From assembly GCF_009914755.1 (NCBI RefSeq), contig NC_060941.1: a stretch of DNA of 64,000 nt; one strand, given 5' to 3'. The position numbers were made by a program, and so were the translations under genes. The DNA comes from the human T2T-CHM13v2.0 reference genome, Homo sapiens. Shown here piece after piece: positions 1 to 26,258 of this stretch (position 1 is its first letter; every line of letters begins with the position of its first letter). The notes beneath the pieces are model-generated. The model saw nothing but the letters and a program-made list of their open reading frames with translations, made no database searches and was not told the DNA's origin.

Positions 1-115
1 TGCAGTCAACTTCAGGACATTTTCATCATCCCAAAAAGAAGCCCTATACCCATTAGCAGTCACTCCCCATTTCCCAATTTCCCCCAATCTCTAGCCCTAA
101 GCAACCACTACTCTA
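1..115 (-). mobile_element. Old L1 (L1M-type) 3' fragment
   Basis: ggacattttcatcatcccaaaaagaagccctatacccattagcagtcactcccc...ccctaagcaaccacta resembles the antisense 3'UTR of L1MA/MB elements (recalled consensus). Confidence 0.6.
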
Positions 116-251
116 CAAATGCACAAATCTATATAGCTTTATCTTGGGCTAATTTTAAGTATATGAAGTAAAATAGAGAAAACCAATTATTTTGAAATAC
201 AGTTCTATCCTCAGAGCCCAATTAAGGACTCTGATTTTAAAAATAATACTC

Positions 252-1937
<1,686 letters not shown>

Positions 1938-2059
1938 AGTCTTTGAGAAAGCAGAAGCTGAGTCTGATAGAACTTAGCCCGTGACCTTAATGGGTACTCG
2001 GCAGATGCAGCTGCCTGGCTGATTAGAGAACAGGACAGGCATGGACCCTGCTTTCGGAG

Positions 2060-2225
2060 CAGTGCTGTGGAATAGAACTTTGTGCAGTGACGGAAATGTT
2101 CTGCATCTTCACTCTCCCTTATGATGGTCAGTAGCCACGTGTGAAATGTATCTAATGGGACTGAGAAACTAAATTTTTAATTTAAGTAGCCACAGGTAGC
2201 TAGTGATTACCATAGCAAATGCTGC
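2060..2225. mobile_element. MER3-like hAT-Charlie MITE
   Basis: cagtgctgtggaatagaactttgtgcagtgacggaaatgttctgcatct...actgagaaactaaatttttaa...agccacaggtagctagtg. Confidence 0.6.
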
Positions 2226-3162
2226 AGTTCCCCAGGTTTTTAGTCTTGATTATACCTCCCAGAAGTCGTCTGCTCCAAAGGTCAACAGTTCAGCAGGAAG
2301 CAGAGCCCATGCCTTTGAGAGGCTGGAGGTATTGCATACTCCCAAAAATCCCAGGGGCTCACTCATAATGAGCCCAACAGTGCAGAAGAGTTCTGGGCTG
2401 TTGTTTCTAAAATGCAAGCATACAGCCTTCCTCCTCTCCCATTTTCATTTAGACCTGTACTAACAGAATTCTGGCATTACAAATTGTTTTGTATTTTGAT
2501 GTCTTCAGAATAAATATATAATGTGCTTCATAATTGAAAGCAATTTTGATGGTTTTAAAATCAACATTTTTTGTGTTGCTACCTTGTGCTGAGACTTGTG
2601 CTAGATAGTGAGGATACCAAGAAAAATAAGCACAGGGATTTTGTGTTGTTCATCTTTATCTCCTCAGCATCTAAGATAATACCCAATGCATAGTGGGCTC
2701 TCAGTAGTGTTTGGTGAACTAATAAGCGAAAGATATAATCGCCACTGTCAAAGCACTCACTCACTATGTGGTGGGGGCCAACAGACAGGTACAGATGTGT
2801 TCCTGGTGTGGAGAAAGTGCCAGGGTGGCTCAGCGAAGAAAAAAGAATTCTTGTGGTGCTATCAAGCAAGGCTTCATTTGAGGGAAAAGTAGGATTTCTG
2901 TAGGTGGAAAAAGAGAAGACATTGATTTGAAACTCCCTGGTTGTTTTATAAACTTCATATTAGCTATGTCCACAGAGCCTCCAAAAGGATATAATTCAAA
3001 AGGGATTTTAACCAAAATGAAATATGTTGTGACTAATAGATACAGTTTATTTGAATGAATGATAGTTTTTCCCATTTGATATTTTAACTGTGCTACACAA
3101 GAATGAGAGTAGACATAGCTCGATTTGTAGTCTCATTGTTCTGTCTTTTCTGCCCATTTCAG

Positions 3163-3223
3163 TGACCCAGGACTCTTTGTTTATTGCTGTGATTTTTCTT
3201 CCACAGCTATAGAACTGGTCCAG
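3163..3223 (+). CDS. METTL2A: METTL2A internal coding exon (61 nt; (N)[20 protein letters not shown]), SAM-binding region
   Basis: Pyrimidine tract plus ag at 3161-3162; donor CAG|gtgagt; ends phase 0 and joins the 8549 exon; peptide recognised as METTL2. Confidence 0.93.
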
Positions 3224-3361
3224 GTGAGTACAATGGGAAATTACCTATTGGTAATTTCCACTGATTAAAGGGAAAAGGTTCTCCTAAAAATCAAGGTCTC
3301 TGGCTGTGTTCTTATACAGTCTGTGTTCTTACGGTCTAAAAGTAAAAGATTTACTGATAAC

Positions 3362-3784
3362 GAGCATACCTTGTTTTATTGCAGTTCACTTTATCACACT
3401 GTATAGATGTCGTATCTGTTCATATATTGAAAGTTTGTGGCAACCCTGCATCAAGCAAGCCTACCGGTGCCATTTCTCCACCACCATATGCTCACTTAGT
3501 ATCTATGTGTCATGCTTTGGTGATTCTCAGAATATTTCAGACTTTTTTACTGTTATGTATGTTATAGTGTGTGATGTTACTGTTGTACTTGGTTTGGGGT
3601 TCCACAAATCACATCTGTGTAAGACGGTCAACTTAATAAATGCATGCGTTGTGACTGCTCCACCAACCTGCCATTCCATTTCTCTCCCTCTCCTCAGGTC
3701 TCCTTGTTCTCTAAGACACAATATTGCAATTAGGCCACTTCATACTCTACAGTGTCCTCTGTGTGTTCAAGTGAAAGGAAGAGT
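3362..3784 (+). mobile_element. Tigger1 5' end
   Basis: gcataccttgttttattgc...gtttgtggcaaccctgcatcaagcaag...gtgttcaagtgaaaggaagagt follows the recalled Tigger1 left end up to the start of the transposase ORF. Confidence 0.8.
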
Positions 3785-4180
3785 TTCACCACGTTGCCCA
3801 GGCTGGTCTCGAATGATAGCTTACACTTGTGTTGTAATTATTAAATTTAATACACAATTGCATAAACTAATGAAATACGATTGCATGCTGGTGCGGTGAC
3901 TCATGCCTGTAATCCCAGCACTTTGGGAGGCCGGGGTGGGCAGATCACGAGGTCAGGAGTTCAAGACCAGCCTGACCAAGTGAAACCCTGTCTCTACTAA
4001 AAATACAAAAAAATTAGCCGGGCTAAAAATACAAAAAATGGCGCATACCTGTAATTTCAGCTACTCAGGAGGCTGAGGCAGGAGAATCACTTGAACTCAG
4101 GAGGTGGAGGTTGCAGTGAGCTGAGATCGCGCCACTGCACTCCAGCTAGACAACAGAGTGAGACTCCATCTCAAAAAAAT

Positions 4181-5063
4181 AAAAATACATTATTGGTCGG
4201 CCACAATGGCTTAATGCCTGTCATCCCAACACTTTGGGAGGCTGAGGCAGACAGATCACTTGAGATCAGGAGTTCAAGACTGGCCTAGGCAACATGGTGA
4301 AACCCCATCTCTACTAAAGAAAAATACAAGAAATTATCCAGGCATGGTGGTGGGCACCTGTAGTCCCAGCTACTCAAAAGGCTGAAGCAGGAGAATCGCT
4401 TGAACTGGGGAGGCAAAGGTTGCAGTCAGCCAAGATTGTGCCACTGCACTCCAGTCTGGGCGACAGTGAGACTCCATCTCAAAAAAAAGAGAGAGAAAGA
4501 AAAAAAAATAGTTTATTGCTAAAACATGTTAATAATCATCTAAACCTTCAGCAAGTTGTAATCTTTGCTAGTGGACGGTCTTGCCTTGATATTGATGGCT
4601 GCTGACTGATCAGGGTGGTGATTGCCAAGGGTTGGGGTGGTCGTTGCTAAGGGCTGGGGTGACTGGCAATTTCTTAAAATAAGGTAACAGTGAAGTTTAC
4701 CGTATCATTTGGCTCTTCCTTTCATGAAAGATTTCTCCGTAGCATGCGATGCTGATAGGATTTTGCCCACAGTAGAGCTTCTTTCAAATTGAAGTCCATT
4801 CTCTCAAACCCTGCTGCTGCTTTATCAACTAAGTTTGATGCCATTTCAAAACAAAAAACCTTTCTTGCCATTTCTAAACAATGTTCATAGCATCTTTACT
4901 GGAGTAGATTTGATCTCAATAAACCACTTTCTTTGCCCAACCGTAAGAAGCAACTCCTTATAGATAAGGATGCTGGTTTAAAAAGAAAGAAAGAAAGAAA
5001 GAATAAGACTAAAAAACAAGCAGCAACAAGATTGCAGCAATTCAGTCACATCTTCAGGCTTCA
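4181..5063 (-). mobile_element. Tigger1 3' portion in the opposite orientation, interrupted by an Alu (4195-4505)
   Basis: tttattgctaaaacatg...gatggctgctgactgatcagggtggtg...ctctcaaaccctgctgctgctttatcaactaagttt...gattgcagcaattcagtcacatcttcaggct; Alu TSD aaaaata(cat/gtt)tatt. Confidence 0.8.
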
Positions 5064-5623
5064 CTTTTTTTTTTTTTTTTTTTTTGAGACAGGGTCTCAC
5101 TGTGTTGCCCAGGCTGAAGTAGAGTGACACAATCATAGCCCACTGTAGCCTTGAATTTTGGGCTCAGGCGAACCTGATGAGATGATTCCATTGGGGTTCT
5201 TTGAGTTACAAGTAACAGAAACGTCTAGACAAACTCAAAGCAATAAAGTAGAATGTCATAGAACCTAAGGGCACAAAATACAGCCCCAAGTTCCTGGTAT
5301 CTTACCTGTCATTGTCCAGGGCCCATTTGTTTTTTCCCTCTTTGCATACCAGTTTTCTCTAGTCAGTATTTCCTAATTTTGCACGCGGCCCCAACGTGCT
5401 TGCTCCTCCCAGTCCCTTACAAGCTCACCCTGTTCAGGGGTTCATGGTGCCTCACTAAAATGATTGTGTCCCAGTTCTGAAGTCCCTGGAAAGTCTAGTT
5501 AACACAACCTAGCTGATAAATACAGCAGCCCTGTTTGAATCAGCTTTGGCCAATGAGAAACAAACTCACATATTTGCAGAAGACGGACATTGAGGGTAGA
5601 TGCCTTAAAATGTATCTGTTATG

Positions 5624-7655
<2,032 letters not shown>

Positions 7656-7912
7656 GTGCTTATTTAAAGTATGTGCTGTCTCTCTCCTTACGAATGTTTT
7701 TTTTTCCCTGTTGGTCACTCATTTTCATGATCGTTTTCCAATTCTTAGATCTGACTTCATGCATGAGAAGTACAGAAAGTACACAAGAATAAAGAATAAA
7801 AGTAGGGGAGTCAGGAATGTTCTATTTTAAAAGCAACTATTAGATTCCTCACTGTCTCCCTTCAATTATTCCTGATCTTTACTCTTTGAGTCCTCCCTGA
7901 AATAACATGCTA

Positions 7913-8311
<399 letters not shown>

Positions 8312-8548
8312 TAGAAATATATCCCCTACTCTGGAGGGTGAGGCAAGTGATCCTATCGCGTGAACCCAAGAGTTTGAGGCCAGCCTGGGCAACATGGGGA
8401 GATTTTGCCTCAAGAAAAAAAAGAAAAAAGAAATATATCCCTCTTTGTGAAGTAGCAACAGTTACATTTAAAATTTAAAACAAGATAATCTTTTCTTTAG
8501 GCTATGTTAATATTTTCTAACTTACCTGTGTCTTCCATCTGTCTGCAG

Positions 8549-8688
8549 ACAAATTCAGAATATGATCCTTCTCGGTGTTTTGCCTTTGTTCACGACCTGT
8601 GTGATGAAGAGAAGAGTTACCCAGTGCCCAAGGGCAGTCTTGATATTATCATTCTCATATTTGTTCTTTCAGCAATTGTTCCAGACAA
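8549..8688 (+). CDS. METTL2A: METTL2A internal coding exon (140 nt; [46 protein letters not shown](K))
   Basis: Acceptor ctgcag at 8543-8548; donor AA|gtaagt; ends phase 2; class I methyltransferase strand IILIFVLSA. Confidence 0.96.
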
Positions 8689-8745
8689 GTAAGTTTGGGT
8701 CCCTTGGCTGGTAGTGTCACAAAAAGGAAGCTTTGGTGAGGGACC

Positions 8746-12511
<3,766 letters not shown>

Positions 12512-12768
12512 AGGAGCAGGGAACTTTCTTACGGCAGAAGCGGGCTGTCCTCGGGCCCCTTCAGGCTGAAGGCAGTGGATCGAGGCCACAGCTGTGAGCA
12601 GGCAGCTAATGTCCTTCAGTTCTAACTGAAGCAAGAGTAGAGGAGCTTAGATCTCAGACTTGGTGTGTCAGTTGAGGAAGTCCACTGGCTTTTTGGGATA
12701 TGCTACAGGGAAAGAGAACCCCGTCTTTAAGGAGACCTGATTGACCGTCATTCCCTGCTGCTCCACAG

Positions 12769-12875
12769 GATGCAGAAGGCTATCAACAGGCTGAGCAGGC
12801 TTCTGAAACCTGGCGGGATGATGCTTCTGCGAGATTACGGCCGCTATGACATGGCTCAGCTTCGGTTTAAAAAAG
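12769..12875 (+). CDS. METTL2A: METTL2A internal coding exon (107 nt; (K)[35 protein letters not shown](G))
   Basis: Acceptor ctccacag; donor AAG|gtattt; LLKPGG methyltransferase motif and [12 protein letters not shown]2/Trm140 motif; phase 2 in, phase 1 out. Confidence 0.96.
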
Positions 12876-12906
12876 GTATTTTGAAAGTGCTGAATCCTAA
12901 CCACTA

Positions 12907-13239
12907 GAGATCATGTCCTTTGCAGGGACATGGATGAAGCTGGAAATCATCATTCTCAGCAAACTAACACAAGAACAGAAAACCAAACACCACTTTTTCT
13001 CACTCATAAGTGGGAGTTGAACAATGAGAACACATGGACACGGGGCGGGGGGCATCACACACTGGGGTCTGTCTGGGGGTGAGGGGGCTGGGAGAGGGAT
13101 AGCATTAGCAGAAATACCTAATGTAGATGACGGGTTGATGGGTGCAGCAAACCTCCATGGCACATGTATACATATGTAATAAACCTGCACGTTCTGCACA
13201 TGTACCCCAGAACTTAAAGTATAATTAAAAAAAAAAAAA
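12907..13239 (+). mobile_element. 5'-truncated primate L1 (L1PA-type) 3' end with poly(A) tail
   Basis: gagatcatgtcctttgcagggacatggatgaagctggaa...aacaatgagaacacatggacac...aacttaaagtataatt followed by an A run; TSD includes aaaaaaggtattt. Confidence 0.92.
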
Positions 13240-13396
13240 GGTATTTGGCCACTATAATCAAAAAATGGTGCTGCCATCAGAATAGAAACTCTAGAATTAG
13301 AACTCCTTATATAAAGCCATTTAATATGTGACAGAGTAGTATATTTTTTAAGAAAACTGAAGAGGCTTGTATAATCTAGATATTGAGGTCTTTTTA

Positions 13397-15373
<1,977 letters not shown>

Positions 15374-15632
15374 GTTTGTGCTGTTAATTTAATGGGGTTG
15401 GGAGAGTGAACAAGTTGTTTTCATCAAACAATTCTAGAGTTTTGGAGTGGGGTGCTTAGGAACGTCATGTTTTCTGACATTGTGACTTACTCCTGTTGAG
15501 CTGCTCTTCCCGAAGCACTGAGGCAGGAGTGCTCTCCACCCAACAAACTGACCTCCCAGTTAACATTCCTTAGCAATGCGAGTCAAAGAAGTGCTTTTAA
15601 GTGTCTCTGATTTTTAACACATCACTCTGCAG

Positions 15633-15698
15633 GTCAGTGTCTATCTGGAAATTTCTACGTGAGAGGTGATGGAACCAGAGTTTACTTCTTCACACAAG
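15633..15698 (+). CDS. METTL2A: METTL2A internal coding exon (66 nt; (G)[21 protein letters not shown](E))
   Basis: Acceptor ctctgcag; donor AAG|gtatga; NFYVRGDGT motif typical of METTL2/6/8/Trm140; phase 1-1. Confidence 0.96.
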
Positions 15699-16506
15699 GT
15701 ATGAAACACCCATCTTTTTACACTAAAAGTCCCCAGTACCAGATGAGATGGTCTTCAAGGCACGTTCAGAAGGAAAACTATCTGGTCCCTCCTGCCTTTT
15801 AGGCAGGCTGTTTCCTGCGGTTCCCTGCTGCTCACACCCTCTTCCACCCTGGGCTAGGCTACCCATGGCAGCCAGGCACTGGGGCCCCCAGGCAGCCCTG
15901 GCTTGTCCATGCCTTCAGTCCTGCTCTGCTCTCCCTGTCTGCCACTGTCCAAAATGGGAAGCCTGCCCACTCTGCAAGGCTCATCTCCAGTCCAGCCTGT
16001 TTCACCCTCTACACGGGGTTGTGCTTTGGTGTGCCCGGGTCAGGGTGAACCCTGGGTTCTAGGGGTGCTGGGAACTGCTCTCCTCTGCAACTGGCCTATC
16101 CACAGGCTTCATCCTTCACCTGGGCCTTCCAAATTCTCCGTTCCTGGGCCCTTTTCAGGGTCACCTTCTTTGAGCCTTTGGTTAAGATGATGAAACCACT
16201 TTCCTAAAACAATTGCTTTGACATACATAGATATTTTTGCATAAATTTTAAGGTGTTCATAGAGCCTAAAGGCCAAATATAAACCAAAGGTTTTTAAAAA
16301 AGAAAAAACCGCGGCCCATACGCAGTGGCTTCCCCTACCTAAACATGAACTTACTGTTACCAAGCCACCACTGCATTTATAACCAAATGGCCATGTAAAA
16401 AACATGACAGCAACTTCCCAGAGCCCCTTTTAACAAGGACTTAGTAGATAAAAATGCCTTTTCTTGAGGGGAAAAATGCATAAACATCTTTTATTTTCCA
16501 CACTAG

Positions 16507-16661
16507 AGGAACTGGACACGCTTTTCACCACTGCTGGACTGGAAAAAGTTCAGAACCTGGTGGATCGCCGACTGCAGGTGAACCGAGGAAAGCAACTGAC
16601 AATGTACCGGGTTTGGATTCAGTGCAAATACTGCAAGCCCCTTCTGTCCAGCACCAGCTGA
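16507..16661 (+). CDS. METTL2A: METTL2A last coding exon ([51 protein letters not shown])
   Basis: Acceptor ttttccacactag; in frame with the previous exon; TGA at 16659-16661. METTL2A rather than the near-identical METTL2B is inferred from the neighbouring TLK2. Confidence 0.95.
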
Positions 16662-21505
<4,844 letters not shown>

Positions 21506-22672
21506 TTAGCCAGGCATGGTGGTGGGAGCCTGTAATCCCAGCTACTGGGGAGGCTGAGGCAGGAGAATTGCTTGAACCCAGGAGGCGGAGATTGCAGTGA
21601 GCAGAGATTGCACACCAGCCTGGGTGACAGAGCAAGACTCCATCTCAAAAAAAAAAAAAAAAAGAAAGGTGCTATGCGGGGCTGGAAGGTGGCTCCAGGT
21701 GTGAAGCTGCTCAGGAAGTTGTGTGGTTTCAGTGTGAATCTAACAGAAGTGTTTCTGAAACTGATTTACCTTTCTAAGTCGTGTTAATTAGGGTGAGAGA
21801 TAAATTCAATGTTGTTTGAAAAATGAGAGACAGTTTGAGACAGATGCACTGGAGCTATTGGAGTGAAACCATGTTCCTGAGGGCAGCGATCACCCTGCAA
21901 GTGGGTTTTGCACTGTGAAAGGGATTCATCTCCTGGTCTTGCAGGATTCATGCAGAGCCTGGCCTCTGTTAATGCTATCAAACCTATGTACAATGGGTCA
22001 GCCACCTCTTTTCATATAAGTTCATATTCTCTTGGGCTCTGGTAGGAAAATTAGGACTTGGAAACTTAGTGAGAAAGGGAAAATCTAACGTGCTAAGACA
22101 TCCTACTTGGATGTAATTGATTCCTATCTTTGCTTAAAGACATACTTTAGTAGGAGTAAGGAGTTCTCTCTGTGGCTTAAAAGATGAGCTCAGGACAAGC
22201 AGTTTCTTTCAGTCTGTTCACAAAGGCCTGTTCTTTGGTTTGTGGCTGCAGCTGCTATTTTCAGAGCCTGGCTGCGTTGATGCGTTGCAGATTTGTGTGT
22301 GCTTCCTACTTTGGTCTACAGGTTGTGATTTGGGAACCCTGGTTAAGAGGTAGAAGAAGTGCTCATGGTGAATTTCCCAGGTGAAAACACTGAAACATTG
22401 CATCATGACTGCCTCATTTTATTTAAATAAGTGTCTTGGCTCAAGGTTGGACATTGTCTCTGTAGCCAGTGAAACACACTCCATGACCAGGTTTCAGGAC
22501 AAATCACCACAGTCCGATTTAATACCCCACTGGGGACCCTGAGACACGGTAGCCTTGACTCCAGCCTCAAGCTTGGCATCTTTACCCACAGATGAGCCTC
22601 ACACTGCCTTCATTCATTCATTCTCTACTTCCATTCTCTGAATTTGGATTTTGCCATTAAAATTTAATGTTA

Positions 22673-22786
<114 letters not shown>

Positions 22787-23509
22787 TCATACAAAAAAAT
22801 AAAAAATTAGCCAGGCGTGGCGGTGCCTGCGTGTAGTCCTAGCTACTCAGGTGGCTGAGGTGAGAGGATCGCTTGAGCCCAGAAGTTCAAGGCTTCAGTG
22901 AGCTGTGATCACACCACTGCTGGGTGACACAGCAAGACTCTGTCTCAAAAAAGAAAAGAAAAGAGAGAGAGATAGAAAGGAAAGAAGGAAGGAGAGAGGG
23001 AGAGAGAACGAAGGAAAGGTAAGAAAGAAAAAGAAAAGTAGCCGGGTGTGGTGACCCATGCCTGTAATCCCAGCTACCGGGGGAGCCGAGGCAGGAGAAT
23101 AGCTTGAACCCAGGAGGCTGAGGTTTCAGTGAGCCGAGATCACGCCACTGCACTTCAGCCTGGGTGACAGAGTGAGACTCCTTCAAAAAAAAAAAAAAAA
23201 AAAAAAAGAGAGAGAGAAAGGGAAGAAGGAAAGAAGGGAGGGAGGGAGGAACATTTATCAGCAGTGGCACGCTTGAGAAACCCTCTAAGGGTGAGCAGAA
23301 TGGCGAGGGCCCTGAAGAGCCCTGCTACTGACAAGCCCCCGTCACCCTCTTCAGCCTTGCTTCTCATTACCCCTCAATATTTTGTGGACGATTAAGGCCA
23401 ACATTCAATCGAGCTCATTAAATTATGAGTTTCTGACAGGGTGCAGTGGCTCATGCCTGTAATCCCTTTGGAGGCCAAGACAGGTGGATCCCTTGAGGTC
23501 AGGAATTCA

Positions 23510-23701
<192 letters not shown>

Positions 23702-25853
23702 TCAAAAAATAAAAAATAAAAAAGGCCAGGCACGGTGGGTCACGCCTGTAATCCCAGTACTTTGGGGGTCCAAAGCAGGCAGATCACCTGAGGTCAGGAG
23801 TTCAAGACCAGCCTGGACAACATGGTGAAACCCCGTCTCTACCGAAAATACAAAAATTAGCTGGGCGTAGTGGTGCGCATCTGTAATGCCAGCTACTCGG
23901 GAGACTGAGGCAGGAGAATAGCTTCAACCTGGAAGGTGGAGGTTACAGTGAGCCGAGATCAAGCCATTGCATTCCAGCCTGAGTGACAAGAGTGAGACTC
24001 CATCTCAAATACATACATACATAAATAAATAAATAATGAGTTTCTTGGGGGACCATTGTATTCTAAACACAGCAGACTACCAAAGCCCGCGGCCCATGGT
24101 CAGTGCCCAGTAAGTGGGGACTGAATGCCCGAATAGCTTCTTCCTACCCTGCCCGCTGCCCCCCACCACTGCACAGACACCCCGGATACACAGCTTGTAT
24201 TTAACTTAAAAAAAATCATACAAGGTTGCAAATATCAACAGCTCAAGGTGGCTTAAACAAAAAACAACAGTAGAAGGGCACAGGGCGCCTCCTGGACCCC
24301 ACCCTGGGAGGTGTGTGGTTGCTCTCACTCCTGCAGCCTCTTTAAGGACCACTTCTCTGCTCCTTAGTGCACTTGTGGGAGGCAGCTGTAACCAAGCTCC
24401 TGAGGTTTGATGTCTCTGTAAAATGGGTGTGCAGCATGTGCATGTGTGTGTGTCTAGGCAGGCAGTTCCCACAATGGCAGGCAGAATCCCCAAAAAGGCA
24501 TCCGTAAGAGCATGATTTCCTAGACTTCAGCTGGTTTATTTCATCTTCCCAAATATTGATATCCGAGTAGACCATTATTGAATCTTTTTACATTATGTAT
24601 ATTTTTGACCAGGCGCAGTGGCTCACACCTGTAATCCCAGCACTTTGGAGGCCAAAGCAGGCATATCACCTGAGCCCAGACCAGCCTGGCCAACATAGTG
24701 AAACCCCATCTCTACTACAGAAAAAAAAAAAATACAAAAATCAGCTGGCGGGGGGTGGTGCTTGCCTGTAGTCCCAGCTACTCAGGAGGCTGAGGCAGGA
24801 GAATCGCTTGAACCCAGGAGGCGGAGGTTGCAGTGAGATTGTGCCACTGCACTCCAGCCTGAGTGACAGACAGAGTGAGACTCTATCTCAAAAAACAAAA
24901 AAATTTTTTAAAAATTTATATTTTTACTTAAATGTGTTTATTTGTTTTTATTATTATTTTTTGAGATGGAGTCTTTCTCTGTCACCCAGGCTGGAGTGCA
25001 GTAGCACGATCTCAGCTCACTGCAACCTCCGCCTCCCAGTTCAAGTGATTCTCCTGCCTCGGCCTCCTGGGTAGCTGGGACTACAGGTGCGTGCCACCAC
25101 GCCTGGCTAATTTTTTGTATTTTTAGTAGAGACGGGGTTTCACCATGTTGGCCAGGATGGTCTCAATCTCTTGATCTCGTGATCTGCCCACCTCAGCCTC
25201 CCAAAGTGCTGGGATTACAAGCGTGAGCCACTGTGCCCGGCCTTAAATTTATTTTTAAGGGATTTTTTTAAAATCACTGCTATAAAAGTAAAACAAGTAC
25301 TGGTTGCCATGAATTGAAAGTATTTGTGGGCCATGTGCAGTGGCTAACCCCTGTAATCCTAACACTTTGGGGGGCCAAGGTGTGAGGATCACTTGAACCC
25401 AGGATGGCTTAAACCCTTTGAGGAGTTTGAGGCAAGCCTGGGCAACATAGTGAGGCCCCATCTCTATTTAAGAATAAATAAATAAAAATAAAAATGTATT
25501 TTAAAGATAAATACAATGAAAACAAAACAATATCTTAAGTTCCAGCTGGATGCCTTTGGGGCCAAAGACTTGGAGCACTAGGTCTGGAAACAGGAGTGAA
25601 CGCATCAGTCACACCTTTCCTGGAGCTGTCAAATTTGGACGGGGAGATTCCAACAATAAACCCATAAATCCTCTAACACGTGGGCATGTGCCAGGAAGAA
25701 CCAAGCAAGCTAGGGAAAATAGAGAGGTGGCAGGGATCAGGGAAAAGGCACACTCTGAGGTTGGGAGTGGGGACAAGGAAGGCCTCCTGGAGAAGGTCAC
25801 GTCTCTCATGGAACATCTTCTCTGTGGGAGAAACAGCCAGTGCAAAGGCCTGA

Positions 25854-26258
<405 letters not shown>

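Noticed and set aside
3306-3899. 197-aa ORF in a METTL2A intron
   Set aside because: It crosses Tigger1 non-coding sequence, an Alu scrap and the captured fragment, has a non-ATG start and no splice support; useful only as a pointer to the duplication
16464-16506. N-terminal parts of ORFs 16464..16661, 8504..8692 and 48996..49196
   Set aside because: Intronic read-through around real exons; splice signals define the true coding boundaries
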